The notes: generated by a model from the letters alone, not told the origin. A stretch of DNA of 64,000 nucleotides from Thermoplasmatota archaeon (GCA_041601615.1 JBFIHX010000007.1:11853-75852); one strand, 5' to 3'; shown: positions 1 to 10,395, numbered from the stretch's first letter. Program-made: numbers and translations.

Positions 1-2
1 GC

Positions 3-797
3 TTTGCCTTTGGCAAAAACTGGAGCCGATACGCACAAGCCGTCGAAGAAGCCCACCTCGACGCGGCGACCCATTCCCTCCAACAAATGCTGGAAAGCGA
101 GAACCTGCAAGGCCAATCCTTTCTGGACATTGGCTGCGGCAGCGGCTTATTCTCCGTCGTTGCCGCACGACTCGGAGCCCAAGTTCGCGCCTTCGACTAC
201 GACACGGACTCCGTCGAGACCACCCGCGCACTCTGGAACCGCTTCGGCCCCAGCAAGGCTCCGCTCCACCTGGAACAAGGCGACGTATTGGATGCGGCAT
301 ACATGGAACGCCTCGGCACCCACGACATCGTCTACTCCTGGGGCGTTCTGCACCACACCGGCGCCATGTGGGACGCCATGAACCACGCCGCCGCCCGCGT
401 CAGGCCCGGCGGGACTCTGTTCATTGCCCTCTACAACCATCAACCCTTCTGGAGCAGCTTCTGGAAGGTCACCAAGCGCACCTACTGCCGCGCCCCCCGG
501 CCAGTCCAAGCCGCCATGTACGGCACCTACACCATCCAACAAACCGTGCGCGGATTCCTGGTGGATGTACTGCGCGGCCGCAACCCCCGCACACGCTACA
601 AAGTCGGCATGCGCGGCATAACCATCCACCGCGACCGACTCGACTGGCTCGGCGGATACCCCTTTGAAGTCGCAACACCCGGCCAAGTGTTGCAATGGGC
701 CGACGAACACGGATTCGATCTCGTTCGCTCCGAACTGGTGGGCCGGCGGCTGGGCTGCAACCAATATGTGTTCAGAAACAGGGCGAATGAGGCCTGA
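3..797 (+). CDS. class I SAM-dependent methyltransferase (5' truncated by window edge)
   Basis: Motif I FLDIGCGSG and YSWGVLHHTG; frame is open from position 3 (FAFGKNWS...), so the true start lies upstream. Confidence 0.85.
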   Translation, partial: FAFGKNWSRYAQAVEEAHLDAATHSLQQMLESENLQGQSFLDIGCGSGLFSVVAARLGAQVRAFDYDTDSVETTRALWNRFGPSKAPLHLEQGDVLDAAYMERLGTHDIVYSWGVLHHTGAMWDAMNHAAARVRPGGTLFIALYNHQPFWSSFWKVTKRTYCRAPRPVQAAMYGTYTIQQTVRGFLVDVLRGRNPRTRYKVGMRGITIHRDRLDWLGGYPFEVATPGQVLQWADEHGFDLVRSELVGRRLGCNQYVFRNRANEA

Positions 798-866
798 GGG
801 AGCCGTCTGACCCATCGGGCACATACCTGGCGCCCGCCTTAGCACTCGAAGATCAAACTTCGGCCA

Positions 867-1424
867 TCATTCCAACGTCGCATGGCGCTGGCGCATGCCA
901 GCCTCCGTCTCGCCAAGGCGCTCCATGAGCATGGCGATGACGCCGTCAAAAAACAGCCACGCGGCGGTCTCGAAGACAGTGCCGAGCGGGGCGTACTTGG
1001 CGCGCTCACCGTTGCCAGACCCAGGAACAAGGGGAATGGCAACGTGCGAGAGCCGGGCGACCTCACTGTCGGCATGGGCCGTGACCGCCACCACATGCGC
1101 GCCCTGCTTGCGGCCCAGTTCCGCGGTCATCACGACCGGGTAGGTGGTTCCGCTGCCGCTCACACACACGACCACGTCGTCGTTCTGTACCGGCGCCGTG
1201 ATGGTCTCGCCCACCACGTACGTCTGGTAGCCTAGGTGCATGAGCCGCACTGCGAAGGCCCTGGCCACGAAGCTGGACCTGCCGCGACCGTAGACGAACA
1301 CGCGCCGCGCCGGCTCAAGGACATCCAAGAACTGGCGCAGTGCGGCATCAGGCACATCCAGGGCTTCCCTGGTGGCTGCGTGGATCCAGTCGAGTGGTTC
1401 GCGCAGATCCATGCGGTGCTTCAC
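867..1424 (-). CDS. hxlB: 6-phospho-3-hexuloisomerase (SIS domain)
   Basis: YGRGRS, RLMHLG, VVGETIT, SGSGTT, APLGTVFE and C-terminal RHATLE motifs. Confidence 0.9.
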   Translation of the reverse strand: MKHRMDLREPLDWIHAATREALDVPDAALRQFLDVLEPARRVFVYGRGRSSFVARAFAVRLMHLGYQTYVVGETITAPVQNDDVVVCVSGSGTTYPVVMTAELGRKQGAHVVAVTAHADSEVARLSHVAIPLVPGSGNGERAKYAPLGTVFETAAWLFFDGVIAMLMERLGETEAGMRQRHATLE

Positions 1425-2812
1425 TCCTTGGCGTTGCGAAGCAGCGGCACGCCGTTGCGGTTGTAGGCGACTTCCTTGCCGTCAGGGACCTTGAAGACGA
1501 GGCTGAAGCCTTCCTTCTTGGTCTTGGAGAAGTAGTACCGCTCCTCCTTCTTGTAGAGCTTGTAGATCTCAGGCACATCCGACGGCGTCTGGTCGATGCC
1601 GTAGACGCGGGGCACACTCACTTGCTTGCGGCCAGAGTCGTCCGTTTGGGTGACCTCGGGAATCATGTTCTCGCAGAGGTCGCCGAGGGTGTGGCCGCGC
1701 CAGCCTTTGTGCTGAATGCAGAACTTCGCCTTCTCGCGGGCGTACTTCTTGCACGGCTCCAAGGTCTTCGTCAAGGCCTCGCAGGGGCGCTTGCGGGCAG
1801 CCTCCTCGGCCTTGCGCTTCTCTTCCTCGACGCGCTTGCGCTCGGCTTCGGCGTCCGCCTCGGCCTTCTTGATTGCCGCTTCCTCTTCTCGGACGCGCTT
1901 CTCTTCCTCTGCGATCTTCTTGCGCTCCTCGTCGCGTTTGCGCTTCTCTTCGGCCTCTTGGGCCTCGCGCATTTCGCGTGCGATGCGAGCGTCGCGGCGC
2001 TCCTTGACACGGTCGAAAACGATGTTCATGTACATCGCATCGTGCTCAAGAATCGGACTCGTGGAGATGATGGTGGCGCTGATGTTGTGCTCGAGGAGCA
2101 CCTCACACAGTGGCTCGAACTTCAGGTCGCCCTTCTTGATCGGCAGGCGGTAGCGAGCGTTGCCATTCTCGTAGTGGATGCCCGTGAAGTGGACCAAGTG
2201 GTGCTTGATGCCCAGCGTTGCCAGGCGCTCGAAGACACCCAGGAAATCCTCCGGGTTTTGCAAAATGCCGTTGCCGCGAGCGTGGATGTGGGCAAAGTCC
2301 ACGACGGGCACAATGCCCTTGACGCGGCTGCATACGTCCAACACCTCGTCGAGGGAGCCAAACACGTTGCGCTTGCCCATCACCTCGACGCCAAGGCGGG
2401 GTTTCCAGCCTTCGCGCACGAAGACATTGCGGATGTTGCGCAAGTTCTCGACCACACGATTGGCAGTCTCCTCCTTGCTCATCTCGCCGTAAAAACCCGG
2501 GTGAATGACCACGGTCTCAGCACCCATCAAGTGGGCAAGTCGTCCCGTGGCGAGGATTTTCTGCGCAGACATCTCAATGTTGCGCTCGTCGCCGGCCAGA
2601 TTGATGTAGTACGGCGCCTTGACGTGCAACTCAATGCCCGCCTCCTCGGCCGTCTCACGCACCTTGATGGCGTCCTCCTCTGTCATCCGGATACCCCGGA
2701 CAAACTGGACTTCCATCGCGTCCAACTCTAGGTTGCGCGTGTAGATGATGCCGTCTCGCACCGTACGTCCCTTGCATGAAAGCGGTATACCCGCAGGTCC
2801 GAACTGGATCAT
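1421..2812 (-). CDS. nfo: endonuclease IV (AP endonuclease family 2) with long C-terminal extension
   Basis: FGPAGIP, APYYINL, HPGFYG, EVMGK, DFAHIHAR; then coiled coil, Cys/His finger and an extra C-terminal domain. Confidence 0.8.
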   Translation of the reverse strand: MIQFGPAGIPLSCKGRTVRDGIIYTRNLELDAMEVQFVRGIRMTEEDAIKVRETAEEAGIELHVKAPYYINLAGDERNIEMSAQKILATGRLAHLMGAETVVIHPGFYGEMSKEETANRVVENLRNIRNVFVREGWKPRLGVEVMGKRNVFGSLDEVLDVCSRVKGIVPVVDFAHIHARGNGILQNPEDFLGVFERLATLGIKHHLVHFTGIHYENGNARYRLPIKKGDLKFEPLCEVLLEHNISATIISTSPILEHDAMYMNIVFDRVKERRDARIAREMREAQEAEEKRKRDEERKKIAEEEKRVREEEAAIKKAEADAEAERKRVEEEKRKAEEAARKRPCEALTKTLEPCKKYAREKAKFCIQHKGWRGHTLGDLCENMIPEVTQTDDSGRKQVSVPRVYGIDQTPSDVPEIYKLYKKEERYYFSKTKKEGFSLVFKVPDGKEVAYNRNGVPLLRNAKE

Positions 2813-2971
2813 ATGCGCCCCGAAGCGGGGCCGGCGAAGGTAGGTACCCTATAAAACGGCCGGGACGGGGCAAGCGACGCCGGGCAATCCGCCCGAGGGG
2901 CCAAAACGCCCATTTTGAACCAGTCTTCAAAGGCAATGGCCTTATGTGGCCGTTTTCTTGAAGGAGTCATA

Positions 2972-4162
2972 ATGTCGACCCGAGTGGATTCCCTCCGGAA
3001 CACGCTCGACCACCTCGCGCTGGACACCCGAGCCAGTGAGGACCGTCGCTACCTAGTGTCCATGCTCCGGCGCCTGGGCTATAGCGACGCCGAGATCGAG
3101 GCTGAAATGGGCTCCCCTGTGAGCACGGGTTCGGAGGCCCGCGTCATCGAGGTGGAGTACGAGGGCCCCGTTGCTGGGACCCCGCGCTCCGCCGCCGGCC
3201 GCGAAACCACGTTCCAGGTGGCCCAACCCGGCGACGATGGCCTGACGTTCCGGCTCTCCGGCGACGACGGCCCCGCAGGCGCTGGCATCGAGGAAGTGCA
3301 CGCAGCAGACCTCAGTGGCGTCGAATCGGACTTGGGCGACTGGGGCGACGACTTCGAGCAGGGCGAACGCGACGACTTTACGAGCGTCGAAGGCGATGCG
3401 CCTGATGATTTTGGACCCAGCAGCACCGAGGACGGCGCTTTCACCTTCAACGATGGAGAGGACGAGGACGAAGAACTCGTGGAGTTCCGCGCCGTCGAGC
3501 GTCCAGATGTTGCGGTTGCGGCAGGCTGGCACGAAGCCGGCGACGCCGAAGCTGCTGGTTGGACCGAGGACACCACTCCCGAGTGGAATCCCGAAGCAAC
3601 CGATGATCAGGCCGCTTCTGCTTGGGACACCGCAGCCAATGCGACCCACGAGGAAACCGACGCCTGGAATACCCCGGCGGATGATTCTGCCTGGGATACA
3701 GCACCCGCCGCCTCCGAGTGGGACACCGCCGAGGAGACATCGGCGTGGACCGAAGCCGAAACGGTCGAGGAAACCGCATGGCCCGAGGCAGAGCCAGATG
3801 CGAACCTGGATGAACAGGCCGCCTGGGCCGAAACTGAGCTGCCCGAAGCTACGCAAGCCTCAGAAGAAGCCGAGGAATGGGTGGACGCTGATGCCCCCGG
3901 CACCACTGCACCGACCACCACCGAGCCATGGCCCGAGCCAGAAGCCATGCCGGAACCGGAACCCGCGGCGACCGAAGCGTACCACCACGGCGACTACGCC
4001 CTGTACACGCGCGAAGTGCAATTGAGCACCGGCCGCAAGCAACGCATCTTCTTCTTTGCCAAGAACGAGCCCCAGAGCGGCGACCCGTGTCCGCTTCCCG
4101 ATGGCTACGAAGTCATCGAGAACGAGAAAACCGGCCTGCCGTTCCTGCGGCGCCAACGCTGA
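2972..4162 (+). CDS. acidic low-complexity Trp-repeat protein with conserved C-terminal domain
   Basis: AAGGAG before ATG 2972; D/E-rich with periodic W; C-terminal YALY...FFFAK...PDGYEV.EN.KTGLPFLRR. Confidence 0.75.
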   Translation: MSTRVDSLRNTLDHLALDTRASEDRRYLVSMLRRLGYSDAEIEAEMGSPVSTGSEARVIEVEYEGPVAGTPRSAAGRETTFQVAQPGDDGLTFRLSGDDGPAGAGIEEVHAADLSGVESDLGDWGDDFEQGERDDFTSVEGDAPDDFGPSSTEDGAFTFNDGEDEDEELVEFRAVERPDVAVAAGWHEAGDAEAAGWTEDTTPEWNPEATDDQAASAWDTAANATHEETDAWNTPADDSAWDTAPAASEWDTAEETSAWTEAETVEETAWPEAEPDANLDEQAAWAETELPEATQASEEAEEWVDADAPGTTAPTTTEPWPEPEAMPEPEPAATEAYHHGDYALYTREVQLSTGRKQRIFFFAKNEPQSGDPCPLPDGYEVIENEKTGLPFLRRQR

Positions 4163-4182
4163 AGACAAGATCGGGGAACTTC

Positions 4183-4746
4183 ATGGCCGAAACGGGCGTC
4201 CGGGACATCCTTCGGGAGTCGCTGCCGCTTCTACTCGGCATGGCCATGCTGGAAGTCATCGCAGGCTCGTTTCTGGGCCGCATGGAAACCAGCCTTGAAC
4301 GGTTGCCTGGCTTGCTTGCACTGGTTCCTGCCGTGCTCGCCATGCGCGGCAACATCAGCACCAGCATGGGCAGCCGCCTCGGCACCCTGACCCGGTTCGG
4401 ATTGATTCCCCGCGACCGCTGGGTCAGCCCCCTCGTCTGGCACAATGTCACCGCGTCGTTGGTGCTGGGCGTGGTGCTCGCCTTTGTCGCCGCCGCCCTT
4501 GCCCACATTGTCACCGTCGCAGCCGGCCTCCCCTCCGCAGGCATCCTACGCTTGGGCGCCATCGCCGTTTCCGCCGGCCTCCTATCAGGAGTCGTCATGG
4601 GAGGCGTCGCAATCGTCACAATGCGCATCGCGTTCCGGCGCGGCCTTGACTTGGACAACGTCGCCGGCCCCGTGCTGATGACCATGAGCGACGTGTTCAC
4701 GCTTCTGAGCCTATTTGCCATGGCGCTCCTGTTCGGAGGTGCCTGA
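4183..4746 (+). CDS. MgtE-type divalent cation transporter membrane domain
   Basis: LVPAVLAMRGNI..MGSRL and GLDLDNVAGPVLMTMSD motifs. Confidence 0.85.
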   Translation: MAETGVRDILRESLPLLLGMAMLEVIAGSFLGRMETSLERLPGLLALVPAVLAMRGNISTSMGSRLGTLTRFGLIPRDRWVSPLVWHNVTASLVLGVVLAFVAAALAHIVTVAAGLPSAGILRLGAIAVSAGLLSGVVMGGVAIVTMRIAFRRGLDLDNVAGPVLMTMSDVFTLLSLFAMALLFGGA

Positions 4747-5318
4747 TGGAAGCAAACGTCCCGGCGCACGCAACCTGGAAAACCATCACCCTCCACTCCC
4801 TGCCGGTGCTTGGCGGCGCCGTGCTCATTGGCGTCCTTTCCGGGCAAATCCTCGTCCACTTCCAGGACCGCCTCTTCGACATCCCTGTCCTGCTCGCCCT
4901 CATCCCCGCCGTAAACGGCATCGGCGGCAACGTCGGCAGTGTGCTCGGCTCCCGCGTCGCCTCCGGCCTCCACTTGGGCGGCCTCTGGAGCAACAACGCC
5001 CGCGGCTTCAAACGCGACATCCTCGCCAGCCTCGTGCTCGCCGCCGCCACCTTCGCATTCCTGGGCGCATTCGCCCGACTCGCAGCCCCCTTCTTGGGCA
5101 TCCGAATTACACTGGGCCTCGGGGAAATCGTCCTCGTGACCCTGCTGGCCGGCCTTGGCTTGATGCTCGTCATGGTCGTCCTCGTCATCCTCGTCGGGAT
5201 GCTCAGCCACCGCTACGGCTGGGACCCCGACAACGTCGTCGTACCCGTGCTCACCACAGCCGGCGACACCCTCGGCATCGTCTTTCTCCTGCTTTCTGCG
5301 GGGGCCATCGGCCTATGA
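4746..5318 (+). CDS. MgtE-type transporter membrane domain (second paralog)
   Basis: IPAVNGIGGNVGSVLGSR and GWDPDNVVVPVLTTAGD; 1-nt overlap with the previous gene. Confidence 0.85.
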   Translation: MEANVPAHATWKTITLHSLPVLGGAVLIGVLSGQILVHFQDRLFDIPVLLALIPAVNGIGGNVGSVLGSRVASGLHLGGLWSNNARGFKRDILASLVLAAATFAFLGAFARLAAPFLGIRITLGLGEIVLVTLLAGLGLMLVMVVLVILVGMLSHRYGWDPDNVVVPVLTTAGDTLGIVFLLLSAGAIGL

Positions 5319-5941
5319 GACTCTGGAAAAAACGCACCATCGACACGTACGAAGAAGTGGAGTACGAACCGCTCAACGTCCTTGAAATCCTCAAGGAAAT
5401 GAAAGACCTGAGCGAACTCGCCACCGACCTCGCCTACAGCGCCCTCGTCCTCGATTCCGACCCGATCGGCGAGGAAGTAGAAGCGATTGCCAAGCGCATG
5501 GACTGGCTCAAGTACCAACTTCGACTGACCGCAAGCCTCGGTGTCCGCACCAAGGAGGAAGCCGAGCAAGTCGCCGGCATTCTCCAAGTAGCAGACGCAA
5601 GCGAGCACATCGCCAACGCGGCCAGCGACATGATCGAACTCCTGGATGCCAACGTAAAACTGCGCCCCTTCCTGGGCAAAGTCTTCGAGGAAGCAGACGA
5701 CCGCGTGGGCACCGTCAAGGTCGCCCCCGACTGCCGCCTCGTCGACCGCAGCCTCGGTGACCTGCGCATGGAGTCCGAAAACGGCGTCCGGGTCTTGGCG
5801 ATCCGCCGTGGCAAACGCTGGATCTGCGACGCGGACGCATCAAGCATCATCCGCGCCGACGACACCCTGCTGATCCGCGGCCAACGCGAGGGCGCCGAGC
5901 ACCTCAAACGGTTCATCGCCGGCCAGGAGGAAATCCTATGA
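5315..5941 (+). CDS. PhoU-like + TrkA-C (RCK-C) domain protein
   Basis: EMKDLSEL..DLAYSAL helical domain; SLGDL...GVRVLAIRRG; ATGA overlap. Confidence 0.8.
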   Translation: MRLWKKRTIDTYEEVEYEPLNVLEILKEMKDLSELATDLAYSALVLDSDPIGEEVEAIAKRMDWLKYQLRLTASLGVRTKEEAEQVAGILQVADASEHIANAASDMIELLDANVKLRPFLGKVFEEADDRVGTVKVAPDCRLVDRSLGDLRMESENGVRVLAIRRGKRWICDADASSIIRADDTLLIRGQREGAEHLKRFIAGQEEIL

Positions 5942-6570
5942 GCACCACCGCCACCTCAGCATCCACTGAGGCCAGTTCCTCCAAAGCCGCATCGCGCAAG
6001 GAACGCATCGAAGAGCTGCTGCTGGAGATGAAGGATACCAGCGAATTGATGGTGGATCTTGCCTACTCCGCCGTGTTCTACCACAGCCAGAGCATTGCCA
6101 AGGAAGTTGCAGAACTCGAAGAAGACGTGGGCGAACACCTCACCCAACTCCAGCGCCTCACCCTCGAAGCCGTCGAAGCCGGCACCCTGCCCGTGGACAC
6201 CGCCCTCGTGCTCATCCGTGTCGCCCAAGGCGCCGAAGTCATCGCCAACAGCGCCCTGGAGATCGCCGACGTGGTCCTTCGCGACGTGGAACTCCACCCG
6301 GTGCTCGCCGAAGCGATCCGCACCAGCGATTCCACCATCACCAAGGCGACCATCCACGCCGAAAGCGAGTTCGCCGGCAAAACGCTACGCCAAGCCGAAT
6401 TCGAAACCGAGACCGGCATGCGCGTGCTCGCCGTCAAACGCCACGCACGCTGGCAAAGCGGCGTCGAAGGCGACTTCCGACTCGAATCCAACGACTTGCT
6501 CATCGCCACCGGACCCCAAGAAGCAGAACACGAATTCCTGCATCGCTGCGACCCGCACCACGAAGACTAA
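5938..6570 (+). CDS. PhoU-like + TrkA-C domain protein (paralog)
   Basis: EMKDTSELMVDLAYSA; AGKTL...TGMRVLAVKR. Confidence 0.8.
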   Translation: MSTTATSASTEASSSKAASRKERIEELLLEMKDTSELMVDLAYSAVFYHSQSIAKEVAELEEDVGEHLTQLQRLTLEAVEAGTLPVDTALVLIRVAQGAEVIANSALEIADVVLRDVELHPVLAEAIRTSDSTITKATIHAESEFAGKTLRQAEFETETGMRVLAVKRHARWQSGVEGDFRLESNDLLIATGPQEAEHEFLHRCDPHHED

Positions 6571-6618
6571 CCTGGCGCTGCCCCCAGCCCCGACTGGCCC
6601 GAAATGCTCAGAAGCTAG

Positions 6619-8148
6619 CTAGTCGACTAGGATGTCCATCGTCTCGATGCCCTGCACCGACAGGACCTCACGAAGCTCGCGCCGATGCACTGCACCCCGG
6701 TAGCCCTGAGGAGGCCGCACGCCAAACTTGCGATACGCTGCGCGCTTGGCATCCATGCTTGGCTGCGGCAAGATCAATGCACCGACCTTCGTGCCGCCGC
6801 CACCCAGCCGCGACATGAGCTGGATGACCGCCTCGTCCACAGTCTCCAAGTCCGTGAGCAAAATCACACCCATTTGGCTGCCCGCCATGCCGCGAAGCAC
6901 GCGCTGCAGCCGCACCGCAAGAGGCTCAGGATCCGGATCCTTCCTCGCCTGACTTAGAGGGCGCCGATCCGCCAAGCGCTGGAACGCCTCCTGAACTTCA
7001 ATGGGGAGCACCCTGGAGCGCGACGGGCGCACTTCCTCCACGACGCGAGACTCGTCAAACGCCACGAGTCCAATCTGGTGGTTGCGTCGCGCCGCCTCCT
7101 CGATGATCTCCGACGCCGCCTCCAGCGCCGCATCCAAATTGCGCTTGCCACCCTGCACGAGCCGCATGCTTGCCCCCGCATCCACGAGAATCAACCCCAC
7201 ATTCAGGCTCTCATTCTTGACATCCCGCACCATCATGCGCTGCGTCGTACTCATGCGCTTCCAGTCCACGTCCTTCATCCGGTCACCCGGCATGTAGTCA
7301 CGCAAACTCTCGTGCTCCACGTCCCGAAACAAATGTACCAACGCACGCGGAGCACCATCCGGGAACGCAGACCGAGCCGTCAGCATACTGCGAAGCTGCA
7401 GCGCCGGAAGCCCAGGCCGCACCTCCACCCAGTCCTCCAGTTTGTAGATTCGCGAATGCTCCCACAAGCCAACTTCATCGCGCATCAACACCTCAACACC
7501 GGCAAACGCTTGCTTGCCGCGCCGCTGCGCTCGGGCCTTGAAATCCACAATCCGCGGCTGCTTGAGCACAATCGAGGAACCCGTTTCAAACCCCGGAACC
7601 GGCGCCTCCCGAAGCCGCACTACGAGCCCCTCGGGCCAACTGCAACCGCTGGCGTCCAGCCGCACGCGAAGCACATCGCCTTGGATCACCTCCGAAGCAC
7701 TGAGCTGACGCTTCACATCAAAACGCGCCATGGCAATGCGCCGTCGCGTGCGCGAACGCCCAGCAATCAACAACGAAAACAGAAACACACTGAACATCAA
7801 CGTCACCACGGCAGCCGCGCCAAAGTACCAACGAAACGCGCTGGTGATGGCGGCGGCAACGCTGACCATGAATGCAAAAAACAGGAGTGCAGCCAGCCCC
7901 GCAAGGAGTGCCGCGGCCCACGTTGGATGCAACGGCGTCGAATCCACCAAATCCATGTGCTCGGCGTGATCACTTGCCGGCGGCGGATTCAAGTCGGGAC
8001 GCGGTGGCTTGGCCACTCGCTTTGCACCCTTGCGAGCCTTCCTTCCCGCGCCGGCGTCGGCATCGTCCAGGGACTCGAACTCGACGACTTCCTCGTCCCC
8101 TTCGCTCCCCTCGGCCTCTGAGACCCCAAAGGCCTCCACATCGTTCAT
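6619..8148 (-). CDS. DUF58 family membrane protein (vWA-like, MoxR partner)
   Basis: Two TM helices; LRDYMPGDRMKDVDWK; DAGASM MIDAS-like motif; lies downstream of moxR. Confidence 0.8.
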   Translation of the reverse strand: MNDVEAFGVSEAEGSEGDEEVVEFESLDDADAGAGRKARKGAKRVAKPPRPDLNPPPASDHAEHMDLVDSTPLHPTWAAALLAGLAALLFFAFMVSVAAAITSAFRWYFGAAAVVTLMFSVFLFSLLIAGRSRTRRRIAMARFDVKRQLSASEVIQGDVLRVRLDASGCSWPEGLVVRLREAPVPGFETGSSIVLKQPRIVDFKARAQRRGKQAFAGVEVLMRDEVGLWEHSRIYKLEDWVEVRPGLPALQLRSMLTARSAFPDGAPRALVHLFRDVEHESLRDYMPGDRMKDVDWKRMSTTQRMMVRDVKNESLNVGLILVDAGASMRLVQGGKRNLDAALEAASEIIEEAARRNHQIGLVAFDESRVVEEVRPSRSRVLPIEVQEAFQRLADRRPLSQARKDPDPEPLAVRLQRVLRGMAGSQMGVILLTDLETVDEAVIQLMSRLGGGGTKVGALILPQPSMDAKRAAYRKFGVRPPQGYRGAVHRRELREVLSVQGIETMDILVD

Positions 8149-8149
8149 G

Positions 8150-9142
8150 TCAGCCGCCCTTGACCACGAGGCGCGGCTTCGGAACGTGCTTCAACACATC
8201 ATCCAGAATGTTGCGCGTCGTCTTGCCACGCGCTTCCGCATCCACACGAAGCAAAATGCGGTGGCCAAGCACACGAGGCGCCACATAGGCAACATCATCC
8301 GGGACACAGTAAGGCCTGCCGTTGATGAGTGCATACGCCTGCGCCGCCCGGAGCATTTGTTCCATGCTGCGAGGCGAAGCACCCACTCGAACATCCGGGT
8401 GCTCCCGGGTCTTGGCGGCGATGCGCTGCAAATACCGCACCGTCTCGCCACCCATGTGGATCTTGCGCGCAATGTCCTGGCCCTGGCGCACCGCATCCAC
8501 GCGAAGCCTCTGCTGGTTCTCCTCCAATTTCTTGTCCGCCAGTTTCAGTTGCAACATCTTCTCTTCCTCCTCGGCCGACAAGTAGTGCATCTGAGCTCGA
8601 ATGATGAAGCGATCCAACTGCGCCTCGGGCAACCGGAAGACACCCTCGTTGTCAATGGGATTCATGGTCGCGACCACCATGAACGGCCGGTCCAATTTCA
8701 CGGTCCGGCCCTCAATTGTGACCTGCTTTTCCTCCATGGTCTCCAGCATCGCAGACTGGGTCTTGGGCGGGGCGCGGTTGATTTCGTCCGCCAGCATCAA
8801 ATTGGTGAACACCGGACCCTTACGCAGCACAAATTCGTGCTTTTCCTGGTCGTAAATGAAGTGGCCCGTGATGTCCATCGGCATCAAATCCTGGGTAAAC
8901 TGGACCCGGTGGAAATCCATGCCTAGCGTCTGGCTGAACACTTTCGCAAGCGTCGTCTTGGCCGTACCCGGGACACCTTCCAGGAGAACGTGCCCCTGCG
9001 CAAGAAGCGCGATCATCAAATCCGTGACAACCTCACGGTAGCCAATGATGTACTGCCCCACAACGCTCTGGAAGTGCTCGTGGTTCCGCTTGAAACGAGC
9101 GAGGTCCTGCGCCTCCACTTGGTAGCCATTCGCCATGCGCAT
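8150..9142 (-). CDS. moxR: MoxR family AAA+ ATPase
   Basis: GHVLLEGVPGTAKT, LADEINRAPPKTQSA, LPEAQLDRF. Confidence 0.95.
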   Translation of the reverse strand: MRMANGYQVEAQDLARFKRNHEHFQSVVGQYIIGYREVVTDLMIALLAQGHVLLEGVPGTAKTTLAKVFSQTLGMDFHRVQFTQDLMPMDITGHFIYDQEKHEFVLRKGPVFTNLMLADEINRAPPKTQSAMLETMEEKQVTIEGRTVKLDRPFMVVATMNPIDNEGVFRLPEAQLDRFIIRAQMHYLSAEEEEKMLQLKLADKKLEENQQRLRVDAVRQGQDIARKIHMGGETVRYLQRIAAKTREHPDVRVGASPRSMEQMLRAAQAYALINGRPYCVPDDVAYVAPRVLGHRILLRVDAEARGKTTRNILDDVLKHVPKPRLVVKGG

Positions 9143-9234
9143 AGGAGGAGTCTTCTCGGGGGGTTATAGGGTTTCTACATGCTTCGTGCAAGTTTGATTC
9201 GCGCAATTCAAGTCCAATTCAACCATGTTCCAGC

Positions 9235-9456
9235 ATGGCCAGCCGGCAAAAAGACACATTGAATCGAGCGTTGCAGGAGCCCTTTGGGCGCATGCAGCTC
9301 GCAGCCGGCATGATGGCCTCGGCGCTTTTGATTCTCATGGGAACTCTCATGGGCGAACCTGTGCCGTTGAAACTCGGCGCAGGAATTGCAGGCCTTGTGC
9401 TGATTGGAATTTGGATCAATGCCCGTGCTCGTCGCGTACATGGTTCGAGCCCCTGA
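9235..9456 (+). CDS. small hypothetical membrane protein
   Basis: 73 aa with two hydrophobic segments. Confidence 0.4.
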   Translation: MASRQKDTLNRALQEPFGRMQLAAGMMASALLILMGTLMGEPVPLKLGAGIAGLVLIGIWINARARRVHGSSP

Positions 9457-9505
9457 GTTTCAGGGACCCGAATTGCTAAGTACAGCAACGAAGCATGTAC
9501 TTCGT

Positions 9506-9877
9506 ATGCAGGCTTACGAGTTCTTCGGCGCGTCCGACGATGCGGATGTAGAGTATCGCCTCGCACACAAACTCCTAGGCGCCCGCAGCGACCTAGACCG
9601 CCGTGTTCTGGGTGCGCTCGTGGGCCGACCACAACGATTCCTAGAACTGAAACGAGTCCTGGATGGGCGCGCGGATGCCAATCTTACCCAAAGCCTAGCG
9701 CGCCTCCACCGCGACGGCCTCGTACAATCTCGCCTCCAAGCGCGGAAAGCCCCCGCGATCAAGGTCCACGAACTGACCCAACTCGGTGGCCTCGTCGTGT
9801 TCCACATCGCCGAAATGAGCACCGCCCACACCTCCGCCCAAGCACTACTTCGCGGCCAAGCCGCAGCGGAAGCATGA
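9506..9877 (+). CDS. winged helix-turn-helix regulator (HxlR-like)
   Basis: PQRFLELKR...LTQSLARL.RDGLV...ELTQLG pattern. Confidence 0.65.
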   Translation: MQAYEFFGASDDADVEYRLAHKLLGARSDLDRRVLGALVGRPQRFLELKRVLDGRADANLTQSLARLHRDGLVQSRLQARKAPAIKVHELTQLGGLVVFHIAEMSTAHTSAQALLRGQAAAEA

Positions 9878-10329
9878 TTGCAGGTCGCCCCCGCGACTAC
9901 CGCGACGTAATCCATCCAAGGCGGCTCGATACCCGCGTATTTCTCGTCGCGAACACACAACCGTGCATTGATTTGCGCGACGCCGCCGCCCGTCCAACGG
10001 GCCGCGACTACCGCATTACGGACCTAGGCGCGTGGAGAGACCAGGCAGTGCCACCCTCCTGGGTGCTCGCCGCGATCCTCTGCCCAGGAGACGACACCCA
10101 AGAACTAGTACATTGGTTGGCGACCCAGAATGGCGACGCAGAGCGAGTCGTATTCTTCATGCACCCGGACACGGACCCAGTAGCGGCTCTCGAAGCATGG
10201 TACGGTGCGGGCCACGGCGACCCCGTCGTTCACGAGGCAGCAACTTGGATAGACCTCGCAAGACCCCTTGGCCAATTTGTCAACGACTTGATCTACCTAG
10301 ATGCAGTCGGTCAGGGCTGGCCACTGTAA
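9874..10329 (+). CDS. hypothetical protein
   Basis: 151-aa ORF with ATGA overlap to the wHTH gene. Confidence 0.55.
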   Translation: MIAGRPRDYRDVIHPRRLDTRVFLVANTQPCIDLRDAAARPTGRDYRITDLGAWRDQAVPPSWVLAAILCPGDDTQELVHWLATQNGDAERVVFFMHPDTDPVAALEAWYGAGHGDPVVHEAATWIDLARPLGQFVNDLIYLDAVGQGWPL

Positions 10330-10395
10330 TTGAGGTCGCTCAATGATGCAGCGCCCCCGCACCCCTGAAATCCCCCTTCCCTCTGCGCCGCCTCA

